Origin: Microcoleus sp.
Lineage (GTDB): Bacteria > Cyanobacteriota > Cyanobacteriia > Cyanobacteriales > Microcoleaceae
Assembly: GCA_042408215.1 (NCBI GenBank)
Contig: JAYFMW010000017.1
Location: 320,001 to 384,000, forward strand
Length of the DNA: 64,000 nt
Direction: 5' to 3'
The first letter of the stretch is position 1; every line of letters begins with the position of its first letter. The position numbers and the translations under genes are program-made. Below are positions 31,032-41,202 of the stretch, in pieces. Below the pieces are notes generated by a model that saw only the letters and a program-made list of their open reading frames with translations, made no database searches and was not told the origin of the DNA.

Positions 31032-32149
31032 TTCTCTGGGATTGCAGGGAGTCGGAATCCAAATAAAGCGCCGTGGGGCAATTTATTTTCTGCCCAAATT
31101 ATACCGCCGTGGGCGTCAATAATTTGGCGAGATAAGTATAAACCCAATCCCGATCCTTTGGCTTGTCGATCGCCATTTCCTTGATAAAAACGCTCGAACA
31201 AGTGGGGCAGTTCCTCTGCTGTAATTCCTAACCCGCTATCAATCACTTTCACAATTTGATAACTCGAATAAGATTCCATGACTATTTCTACTTTACCACC
31301 GCGAGGAGAATGGTTAATCCCATTTGTCAGCAAATTAGCAAAAACGCGCTGGAGTTGCAAAGCATCGCCTTTTACCCACAAAGAGCGGCGGAAATCTGAC
31401 TCTCCGTAACTCATATTAATGTAAACTCGGCGCGCCGCCGATAAATCTATCATAGTTGCAATTACTTCTTCTGCCAAAGCAACTAAATTTAGGGGGGAAA
31501 GTTGCAGTTTTAAACCTTCGGTATCGTTGCGGTAAACATCCAGCAGCGTTTCCACTAATTGTAATGTCATTTTGTGCGATCGCGCCATTGTTTCCAAAAC
31601 TTTTTGCTGAGTAGAAGTCACATCCCCAAATTTAGCCTGTTTAAAAGCTTTAATAGTCTCGATCGCGCCCAGCATTGGCGTTTTCAGATCGTGACTCAAA
31701 GTAGACACAAAATCTTCTCGGATGCTAGCTAACTGCTGCTGAGACTGCAATTGCGCTTTGGTTTGGGCGATCGCCTCTTCATACTGCTGGTTGCGATCGC
31801 TCAAATATCCCGTCACCCCCAAAGCCATCACGGCGATCGATCTATTGGCGACTGTCGCTAAGGCGATCGTTTCTCCATGAGGAACAAACAAATTTAACAG
31901 CGTCAATGTTGCTGCTACCAGCGTAATTTGTAACTTTCCCAACCGACTCAGGCGCGAATTTGCCAGTAAAATCGGCCCCGTATACAAGTATCCAAATAGA
32001 TACTCCGACGGCGTGGTAAATTCGAGTGCTACAACGATCGCAAATAAAATAGCGATCCTCTTCGAGGGCTGCGCTAACGAGCACCGCCCCCGCAAATACT
32101 TCTCCTGAATAGTCAAGTTTTCTGGGATTTTAAATAGGCTTTTAAACAT
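31028..32149 (-). CDS. Membrane sensor histidine kinase
   Basis: TM helices, SHDLKTP H-box, NLLTNG, DSGLG and GSGLGL; ATGA overlap with the response regulator. Confidence 0.92.
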   Translation of the reverse strand: MFKSLFKIPENLTIQEKYLRGRCSLAQPSKRIAILFAIVVALEFTTPSEYLFGYLYTGPILLANSRLSRLGKLQITLVAATLTLLNLFVPHGETIALATVANRSIAVMALGVTGYLSDRNQQYEEAIAQTKAQLQSQQQLASIREDFVSTLSHDLKTPMLGAIETIKAFKQAKFGDVTSTQQKVLETMARSHKMTLQLVETLLDVYRNDTEGLKLQLSPLNLVALAEEVIATMIDLSAARRVYINMSYGESDFRRSLWVKGDALQLQRVFANLLTNGINHSPRGGKVEIVMESYSSYQIVKVIDSGLGITAEELPHLFERFYQGNGDRQAKGSGLGLYLSRQIIDAHGGIIWAENKLPHGALFGFRLPAIPEK

Positions 32150-32390
32150 CTCTATTCATCCATATTTCATCTATTGTGGCGCAAAAGAACCGCGTTTAGC
32201 TAGCATATATATCTCTAAGTATAGATGGTCTAAAAAAACTAAACATTTGTCTATTCGTAAAAATATATACCAGCTAAGCATAACTTGTAAACGGCAACTT
32301 ATACCTCTAGGCTGATGCTCAAAAACCCTAACTTCAAGTATACTGATTGTTAAAATTAGATTGCACTTAGAAGGAAGTATTGGCTCAGTT

Positions 32391-34169
32391 ATGCTTCAAG
32401 GATTAATTCAAATCGCATTAACGCTAATCATTGTAGTAGCGATCGCCCCGGTTTTTGGCAATTACATGGCGCAGGTATACATGGGAGAACCAACCATCCT
32501 CGACCCCGCCATTAAACCTGTAGAAAAATTAATCTATACCGCCAGCAATATTCGATCTTCGGATTCAATGACAGGTTGGCAATATGCGCGATCGCTATTA
32601 TACAGCAATATAGCAATGGGCATATTTGTTTTCCTCATTTTCATACTTCAAGGATGGCTGCCTTTAAATGCCACCGGCTTAGGTGCACCAACCTGGGATA
32701 CCACCCTGCACACTACTATTTCATTTCTCACAAATACCGACCAACAACATTACTCCGGCGAGACAACATTTACTTATCTATCCCAGTTAACTCTGGGTTT
32801 TTTAATGTTTACCTCAGCCGCCACCGGTTTAGCAGTAGGAATCGCATTTATTCGCGGATTAACCGGCCGCCCGCTGGGCAACTTTTACATAGATTTAATT
32901 CAATCAATCACCCGCATCCTGCTGCCTCTTTCTTTAATAATTGGTTTGCTTCTACTAATTAATGGCGTACCAGAAACCCTAGGTGGCCCCGCAGTAGCCA
33001 CCACCTTAGAAGGCAGCACCCAAGTAATAGCTCGCGGCCCAGTCGCTCACTTTGAAAGCATCAAACAAATCGGAGAAAACGGCGGCGGATTTTTTGCCAT
33101 TAACTCCGCTCACCCCTTGGAAAACCCCAGCCCTTTTACTAACCTGCTAGAAACATTAGCAATGGTTTCAATTCCGGCAGCACTCATTCATACTTACGGC
33201 ATTTTTGCCAATAACAAAAAACAAGGCTGGCTGATTTTTTGGATGGTTTTTGGCATCTACGTTGTCTTGATTAGCATTGCAGCAATTGGTGAGTTTCAAG
33301 GCAATCCTCAAATCAATAATTTACTGGGTTCCGCCCAGCCAAATTTAGAAGGAAAAGAAGTGAGATTCGGCTGGGCAGCAACCGCACTTTGGGCTGTGAC
33401 TACGACGGGCACAATGTGCGGGGCTGTGAACGGAATGCACGACTCTTTAATGCCTCCAGGTGGTTTTGCTACTCTGTTTAACTTATTTATGCAAATCGTT
33501 TGGGGCGGACAAGGAACGGGAACAGCTTACTTATTTGTATACTTAATATTGAGTGTATTTCTCACCGGATTGATGGTGGGAAGAACGCCAGAATTTTTAG
33601 GAAGAAAGATCGAAAAAAAGGAAATAGTTTTAGCCAGCGTTGTCTTGCTAATTCACCCGATCGCCGTTTTAATCCCCGGAGCAATCACCCTCGCATTTAC
33701 CAACAGTTTGAGCGGCATCAGCAACCCCGGATTTCACGGCATTTCCCAGGTGATGTACGAATACGCTTCAGCCGCAGCCAACAACGGTTCAGGTTTTGAA
33801 GGATTAGCAGACTCTCAACCAGCATCTACCGGACTTTGGTGGAATTTAAGCACCTGTTTCAGCCTGCTGTTGGGGCGCTACGTTCCGATTGTTGCACTGC
33901 TGCTTTTAGCCGATAGCATGACCAACAAACAACCAGTTCCAGAAACAACAGGTACTCTCAGAACAGATTCAATTTTATTCACCAGCGTCACCGCCGGAGT
34001 AATCTTAATTCTGGGCGCGCTGACATTTTTCCCAGTTTTGGCTTTAGGGCCAATTGCCGAAGGATATGAAATTAGCAGCGGCAAATTTGAACCTGCACCG
34101 ACCACAGTACCCGCAGACATCAATCCTTCACCTTTAGGAAAGCCTTCGATCCCCCTAAATCCCCCTTAA
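32391..34169 (+). CDS. kdpA: K+-transporting ATPase subunit A
   Basis: [22 protein letters not shown] and SAAANNGS selectivity segments. Confidence 0.97.
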   Translation: MLQGLIQIALTLIIVVAIAPVFGNYMAQVYMGEPTILDPAIKPVEKLIYTASNIRSSDSMTGWQYARSLLYSNIAMGIFVFLIFILQGWLPLNATGLGAPTWDTTLHTTISFLTNTDQQHYSGETTFTYLSQLTLGFLMFTSAATGLAVGIAFIRGLTGRPLGNFYIDLIQSITRILLPLSLIIGLLLLINGVPETLGGPAVATTLEGSTQVIARGPVAHFESIKQIGENGGGFFAINSAHPLENPSPFTNLLETLAMVSIPAALIHTYGIFANNKKQGWLIFWMVFGIYVVLISIAAIGEFQGNPQINNLLGSAQPNLEGKEVRFGWAATALWAVTTTGTMCGAVNGMHDSLMPPGGFATLFNLFMQIVWGGQGTGTAYLFVYLILSVFLTGLMVGRTPEFLGRKIEKKEIVLASVVLLIHPIAVLIPGAITLAFTNSLSGISNPGFHGISQVMYEYASAAANNGSGFEGLADSQPASTGLWWNLSTCFSLLLGRYVPIVALLLLADSMTNKQPVPETTGTLRTDSILFTSVTAGVILILGALTFFPVLALGPIAEGYEISSGKFEPAPTTVPADINPSPLGKPSIPLNPP

Positions 34170-34339
34170 AAAGGGGGACTTTGATGGTCATGCTCCCCCC
34201 TTTTTAAGGGGGGCTGGGGGGGATCGGAATCTGGTGGTAAAGGCCACAATCCGCAATCCCCAATCCCCAATCCTAAAATCCCAAATCCCAAATCCCAAAT
34301 CCCAAATCTAAAATCCAAAATTTAAAATCCCCAATCGAT

Positions 34340-36436
34340 ATGGCTTCTTCCAATAGCACCAATTCTCAAAAAAATCCCCGTTCTAGAGGTTCTCGCGAGT
34401 CCCGCCGACACACGCCGAAAGCAAATACCAAAGGCCTTTACCAAAGAGCTTTCAAACAAGCTTTTGTCAAACTCGAACCACGGGTGATGTTGAAAAATCC
34501 GGTGATGTTTGTGGTGTGGGTAGGCACAATTGTGACTGCATTATTAACGATCGATCCGAATCTTTTCGGCCCGGTTCCAGGTAAAAATCAGGTAGTTTTC
34601 AACGGTTTAGTCACATTAATTTTGTTCTTCACTTTGGTGTTTGCGAATTTTGCCGAAGCGGTAGCAGAAGGGCGCGGTAAAGCCCAAGCAGACGCACTGC
34701 GATCGACCAAAGCCGACACCACAGCCCGCAAACTCTTACCAGACGGTTCATTGCAGGATGTAAGTTCCACATCCCTGAGACGCGGCGATCAAATTAAAGT
34801 GATCGCAGGTGACATCATTCCCGCTGACGGCGAAGTGATTGCGGGTGTCGCATCGGTGGACGAATCTGCGATCACCGGCGAATCCGCGCCGGTGCTCAAG
34901 GAACCGGGCTCGGACATCGCCAGTTCCGTTACCGGCGGGACACGCATCCTTTCCGACGAACTGACGCTGCGGGTGATGGCCGACCCCGGTAAGGGGTTTT
35001 TGGACAGGATGATCGCGCTGGTAGAGGGCGCTGAACGCACGAAAACACCGAATGAGATCGCGCTGACGGTGCTGCTAGCGGTGCTGACGCTGGTGTTTTT
35101 GATTGTGGTTTCGACGATTGGTCCGATCGGAAATTACGTGAAAACCCCTGTGGGCGTGGTGACGCTGATTTCGCTGCTGGTGGCGCTGATTCCGACGACG
35201 ATCGGCGGTTTGCTGAGTGCGATCGGGATTGCGGGGATGGATCGCGTCGCTCAATTTAACGTCGTAGCGACCTCTGGGCGCGCCGTGGAGGCTTGCGGCG
35301 ACGTGAATACGCTGATTTTGGACAAAACGGGGACAATCACGCTGGGCAACCGTTTAGCCGAGGAGTTCATTCCGGTCAACGGCCATTCGTTGGCAGAAGT
35401 TGCCAGTATAGCCCTGGCTGCGAGTGTGTTTGATGAGACTCCAGAGGGAAAGTCGATCGTCCGTTTGTCGGAAAAATTGGGCGCAACGGTGAATTTCGAT
35501 CGCACCAACGCAACCGGGCTGGAATTTTCAGCAAAAACGCGGATGTCTGGCACGGATTTGCCCGATGGTAGGGAGGTTCGCAAGGGTGCGGTGGATGCGG
35601 TGAAGGGTTTTGTGCGATCGCGCGGTGGCAATTTCGGCCCCGATCTCGACTCAGCTTACGAGCGAGTTTCCCGGCTCGGAGGCACACCTTTAGCTGTTTG
35701 TCAAGGCAACGACACCTACGGCATTATCTATTTGAAAGATATTATCAAACCGGGAATTCGCGATCGATTTGACCAACTGCGAAAAATGGGCATCCGCACA
35801 ATTATGCTCACCGGAGATAACCGGATTACAGCATCAGTAATTGCTGACGAAGCCGGCGTTGATGACTTCATTGCCGAAGCAACTCCAGAGGACAAAATCG
35901 ACGTAATTCGCAAGCAACAAGCCGAGGGCAAATTAGTAGCAATGACGGGGGATGGAACCAACGACGCGCCCGCACTAGCCCAGGCAAATGTAGGACTCGC
36001 AATGAATTCTGGAACCCAAGCCGCGAAAGAAGCTGCGAACATGGTGGACTTAGATTCTGACCCCACAAAACTGATTGATTTAGTGACAATTGGCAAACAG
36101 TTGCTGATTACTCGCGGCGCGCTGACTACATTTTCCCTAGCCAACGATATCGCTAAATATTTTGCAATTATTCCGGCAATGTTTGCTCCCGTTGGCGCAT
36201 TGAACGTGATGGGTTTAGCCAGCGGACAATCGGCGGTTTTGTCTGCATTAGTTTACAATGCTTTGATTATTCCCGCTTTGATTCCCCTAGCTTTAACCGG
36301 GGTAAAATTTCGACCGTTGAGCGCAAATCAACTGTTGCAGCGTAACATTTTAATCTACGGATTGGGCGGAGCAGTCGCGCCGTTTATTGCCATCAAAATT
36401 ATTGATGTTTTGATTGCCGCCGTTGGGTTAGCATAG
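34340..36436 (+). CDS. kdpB: K+-transporting P-type ATPase subunit B
   Basis: TGES, DKTGT and GDGTND motifs. Confidence 0.98.
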   Translation: MASSNSTNSQKNPRSRGSRESRRHTPKANTKGLYQRAFKQAFVKLEPRVMLKNPVMFVVWVGTIVTALLTIDPNLFGPVPGKNQVVFNGLVTLILFFTLVFANFAEAVAEGRGKAQADALRSTKADTTARKLLPDGSLQDVSSTSLRRGDQIKVIAGDIIPADGEVIAGVASVDESAITGESAPVLKEPGSDIASSVTGGTRILSDELTLRVMADPGKGFLDRMIALVEGAERTKTPNEIALTVLLAVLTLVFLIVVSTIGPIGNYVKTPVGVVTLISLLVALIPTTIGGLLSAIGIAGMDRVAQFNVVATSGRAVEACGDVNTLILDKTGTITLGNRLAEEFIPVNGHSLAEVASIALAASVFDETPEGKSIVRLSEKLGATVNFDRTNATGLEFSAKTRMSGTDLPDGREVRKGAVDAVKGFVRSRGGNFGPDLDSAYERVSRLGGTPLAVCQGNDTYGIIYLKDIIKPGIRDRFDQLRKMGIRTIMLTGDNRITASVIADEAGVDDFIAEATPEDKIDVIRKQQAEGKLVAMTGDGTNDAPALAQANVGLAMNSGTQAAKEAANMVDLDSDPTKLIDLVTIGKQLLITRGALTTFSLANDIAKYFAIIPAMFAPVGALNVMGLASGQSAVLSALVYNALIIPALIPLALTGVKFRPLSANQLLQRNILIYGLGGAVAPFIAIKIIDVLIAAVGLA

Positions 36437-36514
36437 AAGAAGTTCGGCAACGGATTTTGTAACGGATGTAAGGGATAGTTTGACAGATATTTAGTTACCA
36501 ATCAAGGAGAATTT

Positions 36515-36784
36515 ATGAAACGGAATGAGTTGCTGAATGATGTTTTGTCTAGGGATTTCCAAGAAATTATTGAGTTAGCACAAATGCTTTGGCGTCGCCA
36601 CCCAATCCCGGTGCAGCTATTTCTGGTAATGTGTTTTAATGCGATAATTGCACCGGCTGTTTATGCGGCTGCGGGTGAAGATTTGACCAAGAAAGCAGCC
36701 TGGGGTTTAAGTCTCCTGGGTTTGGTGATTATCGGGCTGGCTATTTATCTGTTTGTCGTGATTTTTCTGCCCGAAAGATTTTAG
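36515..36784 (+). CDS. Small membrane subunit with KdpF-like C-terminus (KdpG-like)
   Basis: Two TM segments ending LAIYLFVVIFLPERF; AAGGAG RBS; lies between kdpB and kdpC. Confidence 0.8.
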   Translation: MKRNELLNDVLSRDFQEIIELAQMLWRRHPIPVQLFLVMCFNAIIAPAVYAAAGEDLTKKAAWGLSLLGLVIIGLAIYLFVVIFLPERF

Positions 36785-36951
36785 TCAAATACTGGCAACA
36801 AACAATTAAGCTGCTTCGTGATCCCAAACTCACGAATACAGAAAAAGCTGTGTCTGCCCTCTTCCTACTGCCTTCTTCCTTACATCCGTTACATCCGTTA
36901 CATCCGTTACAAAATCCGTTGCCGAACTTCCTTCATTAATTGAGGTCATTT

Positions 36952-37581
36952 ATGAGAGAAATAATCAAAGCAATTCGCGTGACTTTAGTGCTGTGGGGAA
37001 TTACAGCCATTATTTATCCTTTGATTTTGCTAGTAATCGGTCAAATTGCCTTCAATTCCCAGGCTAATGGTAGCTTAATTATTAAGCAAGGAGTGGTAGT
37101 TGGTTCTGCTTTAATCGGTCAGAATTTCACGTCAGAAAAATATTTTTGGAGCCGTCCCAGCACCACAAATTACAGCAGCTTTGTGGCTTCAGATTACGAG
37201 CCGACAAAGGGAGAAAATTTAAGTCAGAGAACAGGCGTTTCGGGAGCTAGTAATCTTGCTCCCAGCAATTCGGCTCTGCTGAAGCGGGGTAATAAACAAG
37301 ATGGTTTTCAGGGTGTTAAAATTGAATTAGACCGTCTCAGCAAAGCTGGAATTAAACCGACTGCTGATTTAGTCTATACTTCCGGTTCTAGCCTCGATCC
37401 ACACATTAGCGAAGAGGCTGCTAGAGCGCAAGTTCAACGGATCGCAAAAGTGCGATCGCTCAATCCCAATCAAGTAGAAATGCTGGTATCCAAGAATACA
37501 GAGGGCCGGTTCCTAGGCATCTTCGGCGAACCGGGGGTTAACGTCCTAAAACTGAATTTAGCTCTAGATCGTTTGCCATAA
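36952..37581 (+). CDS. kdpC: K+-transporting ATPase subunit C
   Basis: QANGSLI, LIGQNF, YFWSRPS, SGSSLDPHIS and VNVLKLNLALD motifs. Confidence 0.95.
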   Translation: MREIIKAIRVTLVLWGITAIIYPLILLVIGQIAFNSQANGSLIIKQGVVVGSALIGQNFTSEKYFWSRPSTTNYSSFVASDYEPTKGENLSQRTGVSGASNLAPSNSALLKRGNKQDGFQGVKIELDRLSKAGIKPTADLVYTSGSSLDPHISEEAARAQVQRIAKVRSLNPNQVEMLVSKNTEGRFLGIFGEPGVNVLKLNLALDRLP

Positions 37582-37600
37582 TTTATAATACAGGACTTAC

Positions 37601-37818
37601 CATTGGTGTCAACTTAAGACTGAAACCCATAATAAATATCGCTTTTACCTAAGTCTAGATCCCCCTAAATCCCCCTTAATAAGGGAGTAGGGTGTGAGTA
37701 GGGGTTGACGAAAGATCGGACTCTTGTCCCCCCCTTATTAAGGGGGGCTAGGGGGGATCTAAGTTTAATAGTCAAACAGCAGTCTGTGACTGGGTTAGAA
37801 GTTAAGTTGACACCAATG
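37601..37818. mobile_element. MITE with 17 bp TIRs and 9 bp target-site duplication
   Basis: CATTGGTGTCAACTTAA...TTAAGTTGACACCAATG flanked by direct repeat AGGACTTAC. Confidence 0.85.
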
Positions 37819-38032
37819 AGGACTTACGTACTCCGACTCCTCGAAACCGGGTTTTTTAGCGAATCTGAGGGTTGGAACTCTGTATTTTCCTCCATCAAAC
37901 CCGGTTTCTAGGCCTCGATGGGTAAGTCCTATAATAGTCACCCGCCCTCATTAAATTGCTTTTTTTCTTCTTCCTTCTTCCTTCTTCCTTCTTCCTTCTT
38001 CCTTCTTCCTTCTTCCTTCTTCCTTCTGCTAT

Positions 38033-39172
38033 ATGATTCACTCTAGCGAACTCGAAAACAACCCAGAGGCAATTTACGCCCAACCAAATCGCGCTTACGA
38101 TCGCATCCGCCGGGGGAAGCACAAAATCTTTATCGGTATGGCCCCCGGTGTCGGCAAAACTTTCCGAATGCTAGAAGAAGGACACAGCCTCAAATCAGAA
38201 GGCATTGATGTGGTTGTCGGGTTATTAGAAACTCACGGGCGAAAAGAAACAGCAGCCAAAGGCGAAGGACTAGAAATAGTGCCGCGAAAACAAATGCTGC
38301 GAGGCGAAAAAATGCTGACAGAAATGGATACAGAATCTGTCATAGAACGTCGCCCTCAACTAGCATTAATAGACGAACTTGCTCATACAAATATTCCCGG
38401 TTCTCTGCGAGAAAAGCGATATCAAGATGTCGAAGAAATTCTCAAGGCTGGGATTGATGTTTTTTCAACTCTCAACATTCAGCACATAGAAAGTCTGAAT
38501 GATTTAGTAGCACGAATTACCGGAGTTGTCGTGCGAGAGCGAGTGCCCGATCGCATCCTCGAAGATGCTGACGAAGTAGTCGTTATTGATGTCACACCGG
38601 AAACCCTAGAAGAACGGTTGCTAGAAGGCAAAATCTACGCTCCCGAAAAAATAGAACAATCTTTAGAAAACTTTTTCCAGCGTCGTCATTTAATTGCTTT
38701 ACGAGAACTAGCATTACGAGAAGTCGCAGACAACGTTGAAGAGGACGCAGCAACTTTAAAAGGTCAATCTTGCAACATTCACGAACGAGTTTTAGTCTGC
38801 GTTTCAACTTATCCCAATTCTTTGCAACTGCTGCGGCGGGGTGCGAGAATTTCTAACTACATGAATGCTCCCTTTTATGCTTTGTTTGTCGATAATCCCG
38901 ATCGCTTTTTAACAAAAGCCGAAAGCTTGCACGTTGAAACTTGTCAGAAGCTTTGCCAAGAATTTAACGGGGCATTTCTGCGGGTGCAAAATTCAAATAT
39001 CGCCAAAGCAATTTCCGAGGTAGCTCAAGAGTATCGCATTACTCAAATTGTCATCGGCGAAAGCCAGCAATCTCGGTGGAAATTGCTGCTGCGGGGTTCT
39101 TTGACTCAGCAATTAGTGCGATCGCTCAAACACGTAGATTTGCACATCATCGCTACTGAGAAAAATCATTAG
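38033..39172 (+). CDS. kdpD: KdpD N-terminal sensor plus USP domain only (no TM or kinase domain)
   Basis: GMAPGVGKT, ETHGR, DELAHTN, KRYQDV and LRELALR, then a USP domain; ends at 379 aa. Confidence 0.9.
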   Translation: MIHSSELENNPEAIYAQPNRAYDRIRRGKHKIFIGMAPGVGKTFRMLEEGHSLKSEGIDVVVGLLETHGRKETAAKGEGLEIVPRKQMLRGEKMLTEMDTESVIERRPQLALIDELAHTNIPGSLREKRYQDVEEILKAGIDVFSTLNIQHIESLNDLVARITGVVVRERVPDRILEDADEVVVIDVTPETLEERLLEGKIYAPEKIEQSLENFFQRRHLIALRELALREVADNVEEDAATLKGQSCNIHERVLVCVSTYPNSLQLLRRGARISNYMNAPFYALFVDNPDRFLTKAESLHVETCQKLCQEFNGAFLRVQNSNIAKAISEVAQEYRITQIVIGESQQSRWKLLLRGSLTQQLVRSLKHVDLHIIATEKNH

Positions 39173-39272
39173 TCATTGGTCATTGGTCATTAGTTATTAG
39201 TTATTAGTTCTTGTTTAGTAACAAGTAACTATAGCATTTATCAGTTGATATCGGTAGGAACACGGCAGTACC

Positions 39273-39800
39273 CATTGGTGTCAACTTAAGCAGTTGACAC
39301 CCAGATTTCCTGATAGTAAGTAACCTTCTATCTATGTCCCTTAAGCTCTTGTTTAATCTAACCCAGCATTTTATGATGCTCAACTAAATAGGTAACTACA
39401 TCTGTACTTTCACCCCGCAACAAAGCTCGCGAAAAATGATCTAGTCCACGAAAAACCATCTCTACCGAAATGCGTTCCTTGGGTTGACCTAACTCCACAG
39501 CTACTGAGGAACACAAATCATTGAGAACTGCATCAAATATCCCAGTCGCATAAATTTGAATTTCTACTCCATTATTCCCACCCACAAATAAGCTAACCCA
39601 AGTAAAGGTTTTGTCAGTAAAAATGTCTCTTCTACTTTCCAACGGCTACGATACTGTTCACACACTTGTTGCGCCGATAATTTTTGTGGGTCTTTGACGT
39701 TAGTCAGATAGTATAGCAACCGCCAAGACGGTTGCTATAATGTCAACACCAATGTCTACCGCTATATTCACGGAGTTTACAAGAATTCGTTTACTATACG
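39273..39800 (-). pseudogene. IS4-family transposase remnant with its terminal repeat
   Basis: YLTNVKDPQKLSAQQVCEQYRSRWKVEE (YREK-like), frameshifted into NGVEIQIYAT...ISVEMVFRGL; ends at CATTGGTGTCAACTTAA. Confidence 0.8.
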
Positions 39801-39814
39801 AAAGCATTCTTAAT

Positions 39815-39847
39815 AATCCCCGCCTATGCGAGACCGGGGAGTGTCAA
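39815..39847 (+). mobile_element. Solo IS200/IS605 right end
   Basis: AATCCCCGCC...ACCGGGGAGTGTCAA matches the other right ends in the window. Confidence 0.7.
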
Positions 39848-39896
39848 TGAGTAAATTCCCATACTGCATACCCTAAAAAAAGTTTGAAAGTAACTT

Positions 39897-40124
39897 CTAT
39901 GCTTCACTCTCAGGAGGCATCACAAATCCCGGACACTTGTATTTTCCACCTTTCTTATCTGTACAGGTCTTCATCGACTGATTCGAGTTGAATAGCTCTT
40001 CGACTTGGTTATTAGCTGTTGGTGCAACAATCGCAGGAGTTGGCAGTGCTTTTGAGGCTTGACATAGCTCTAGTACCGCGATCATCGCCAGTATAGTTGA
40101 TGAAATCCAGACGGTGCGTTTCAT
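39897..40124 (-). CDS. Small secreted protein (75 aa)
   Basis: MKRTVWISSTILAMIAVL...ASKA signal peptide; ATGA overlap with the TPR gene. Confidence 0.65.
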   Translation of the reverse strand: MKRTVWISSTILAMIAVLELCQASKALPTPAIVAPTANNQVEELFNSNQSMKTCTDKKGGKYKCPGFVMPPESEA

Positions 40125-40843
40125 TTTTTGGTTTTTTCCTCTTGTAAGCGTTGACGGGCCATCCCTATCCATATATCCTCATCGAATTCTTGAGAATCCG
40201 CATACTTTAGGCAAGATTTCCACTGCTGTTGAGCTTGCTTAGGTTGTTTCATCCCTTCTAAGACTTGCGCTTTTAGACAGTAAGTCGCAGGTATGGCGCT
40301 ATCAAGTTTCGTCGCTGCATCCAGATGTTGCAGTGCTTCTGAGTATCGGCGCTGTTCTAGGCGAGCCCAACCCAAATTTTTGAGCAGAGAAGATTTGACT
40401 TGATCGTCCTCAGCTAATTTTAAACCTTGAAACAGCAAGTGAACAGCAGCAGGATAATTTTTGTCATGAAGGATATATAATTGAGCTAGGTTGCTGTAAG
40501 CAGCAGGGAACCCGAGTTTAGCAGCTTGCCGATATTTTGCTTCCGCGCATTCCAAATCTTGCACCTCTTCGCAAAGCCATCCCAAATTATAAAGAGCAGT
40601 TTGGCTCTTGGGATTTAGGAAGAGCGCTAACTGATAGGATGATTGAGTATCAGCCAACCGACTGGCTTTGTAGTTTTCAAACCCGAGATTGTTAAAAAAT
40701 AATGCTAGTTCCGGCAACCCAAGTTGCCAGCCACCAAACCCTACTGTTAGCATCAGCAGCAATGCAGCCCATTTGGATTTCTGATGATTTTTAGCTGTAG
40801 CTGCCTGCTCCATGACCTTGAAAAGGTTAGCTAATGGTTTCAT
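40121..40843 (-). CDS. Membrane-anchored tetratricopeptide repeat protein
   Basis: TM helix followed by NNLG, YNLG, YSNLA and KNLGWA TPR motifs. Confidence 0.85.
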   Translation of the reverse strand: MKPLANLFKVMEQAATAKNHQKSKWAALLLMLTVGFGGWQLGLPELALFFNNLGFENYKASRLADTQSSYQLALFLNPKSQTALYNLGWLCEEVQDLECAEAKYRQAAKLGFPAAYSNLAQLYILHDKNYPAAVHLLFQGLKLAEDDQVKSSLLKNLGWARLEQRRYSEALQHLDAATKLDSAIPATYCLKAQVLEGMKQPKQAQQQWKSCLKYADSQEFDEDIWIGMARQRLQEEKTKK

Positions 40844-41006
40844 TTTTAGTATAGTTTAACTTGAGAGTCTGGCGATATTTTATTTACGAGATGCAATTAC
40901 GACCGCAATTGCATCTAAATCTTGCGCAATAACTGAGACTTGAGCCAATTATCGATCGGATTGGGCAAGTCCCTAGCCGAATGCTTCTGTAATGCTAGCA
41001 ACACAT

Positions 41007-41113
41007 ATAGCCTTTCTCAGAAAGATGAGGTACGACTGGGCATAGGGCATGGGGCATGGGGCATAGGGCATAGGGTTCCGTGGGCATACCTCACTTTTTT
41101 GAGAACCGCTATA
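41007..41113. repeat. MITE-like element carrying GGGCAT(A/G) heptamers
   Basis: TATAGCCTTTCTCA...TGAGAACCGCTATA; an inverted relative lies at ~62646-62745. Confidence 0.65.
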
Positions 41114-41202
41114 GATGTATCCGCTTCTCAATGTATAATTCATCAGATGCCATTAGCGATCCGGATATTTAACTTTCGTCAGAAGGCATGGGTCAGAATT
41201 AA

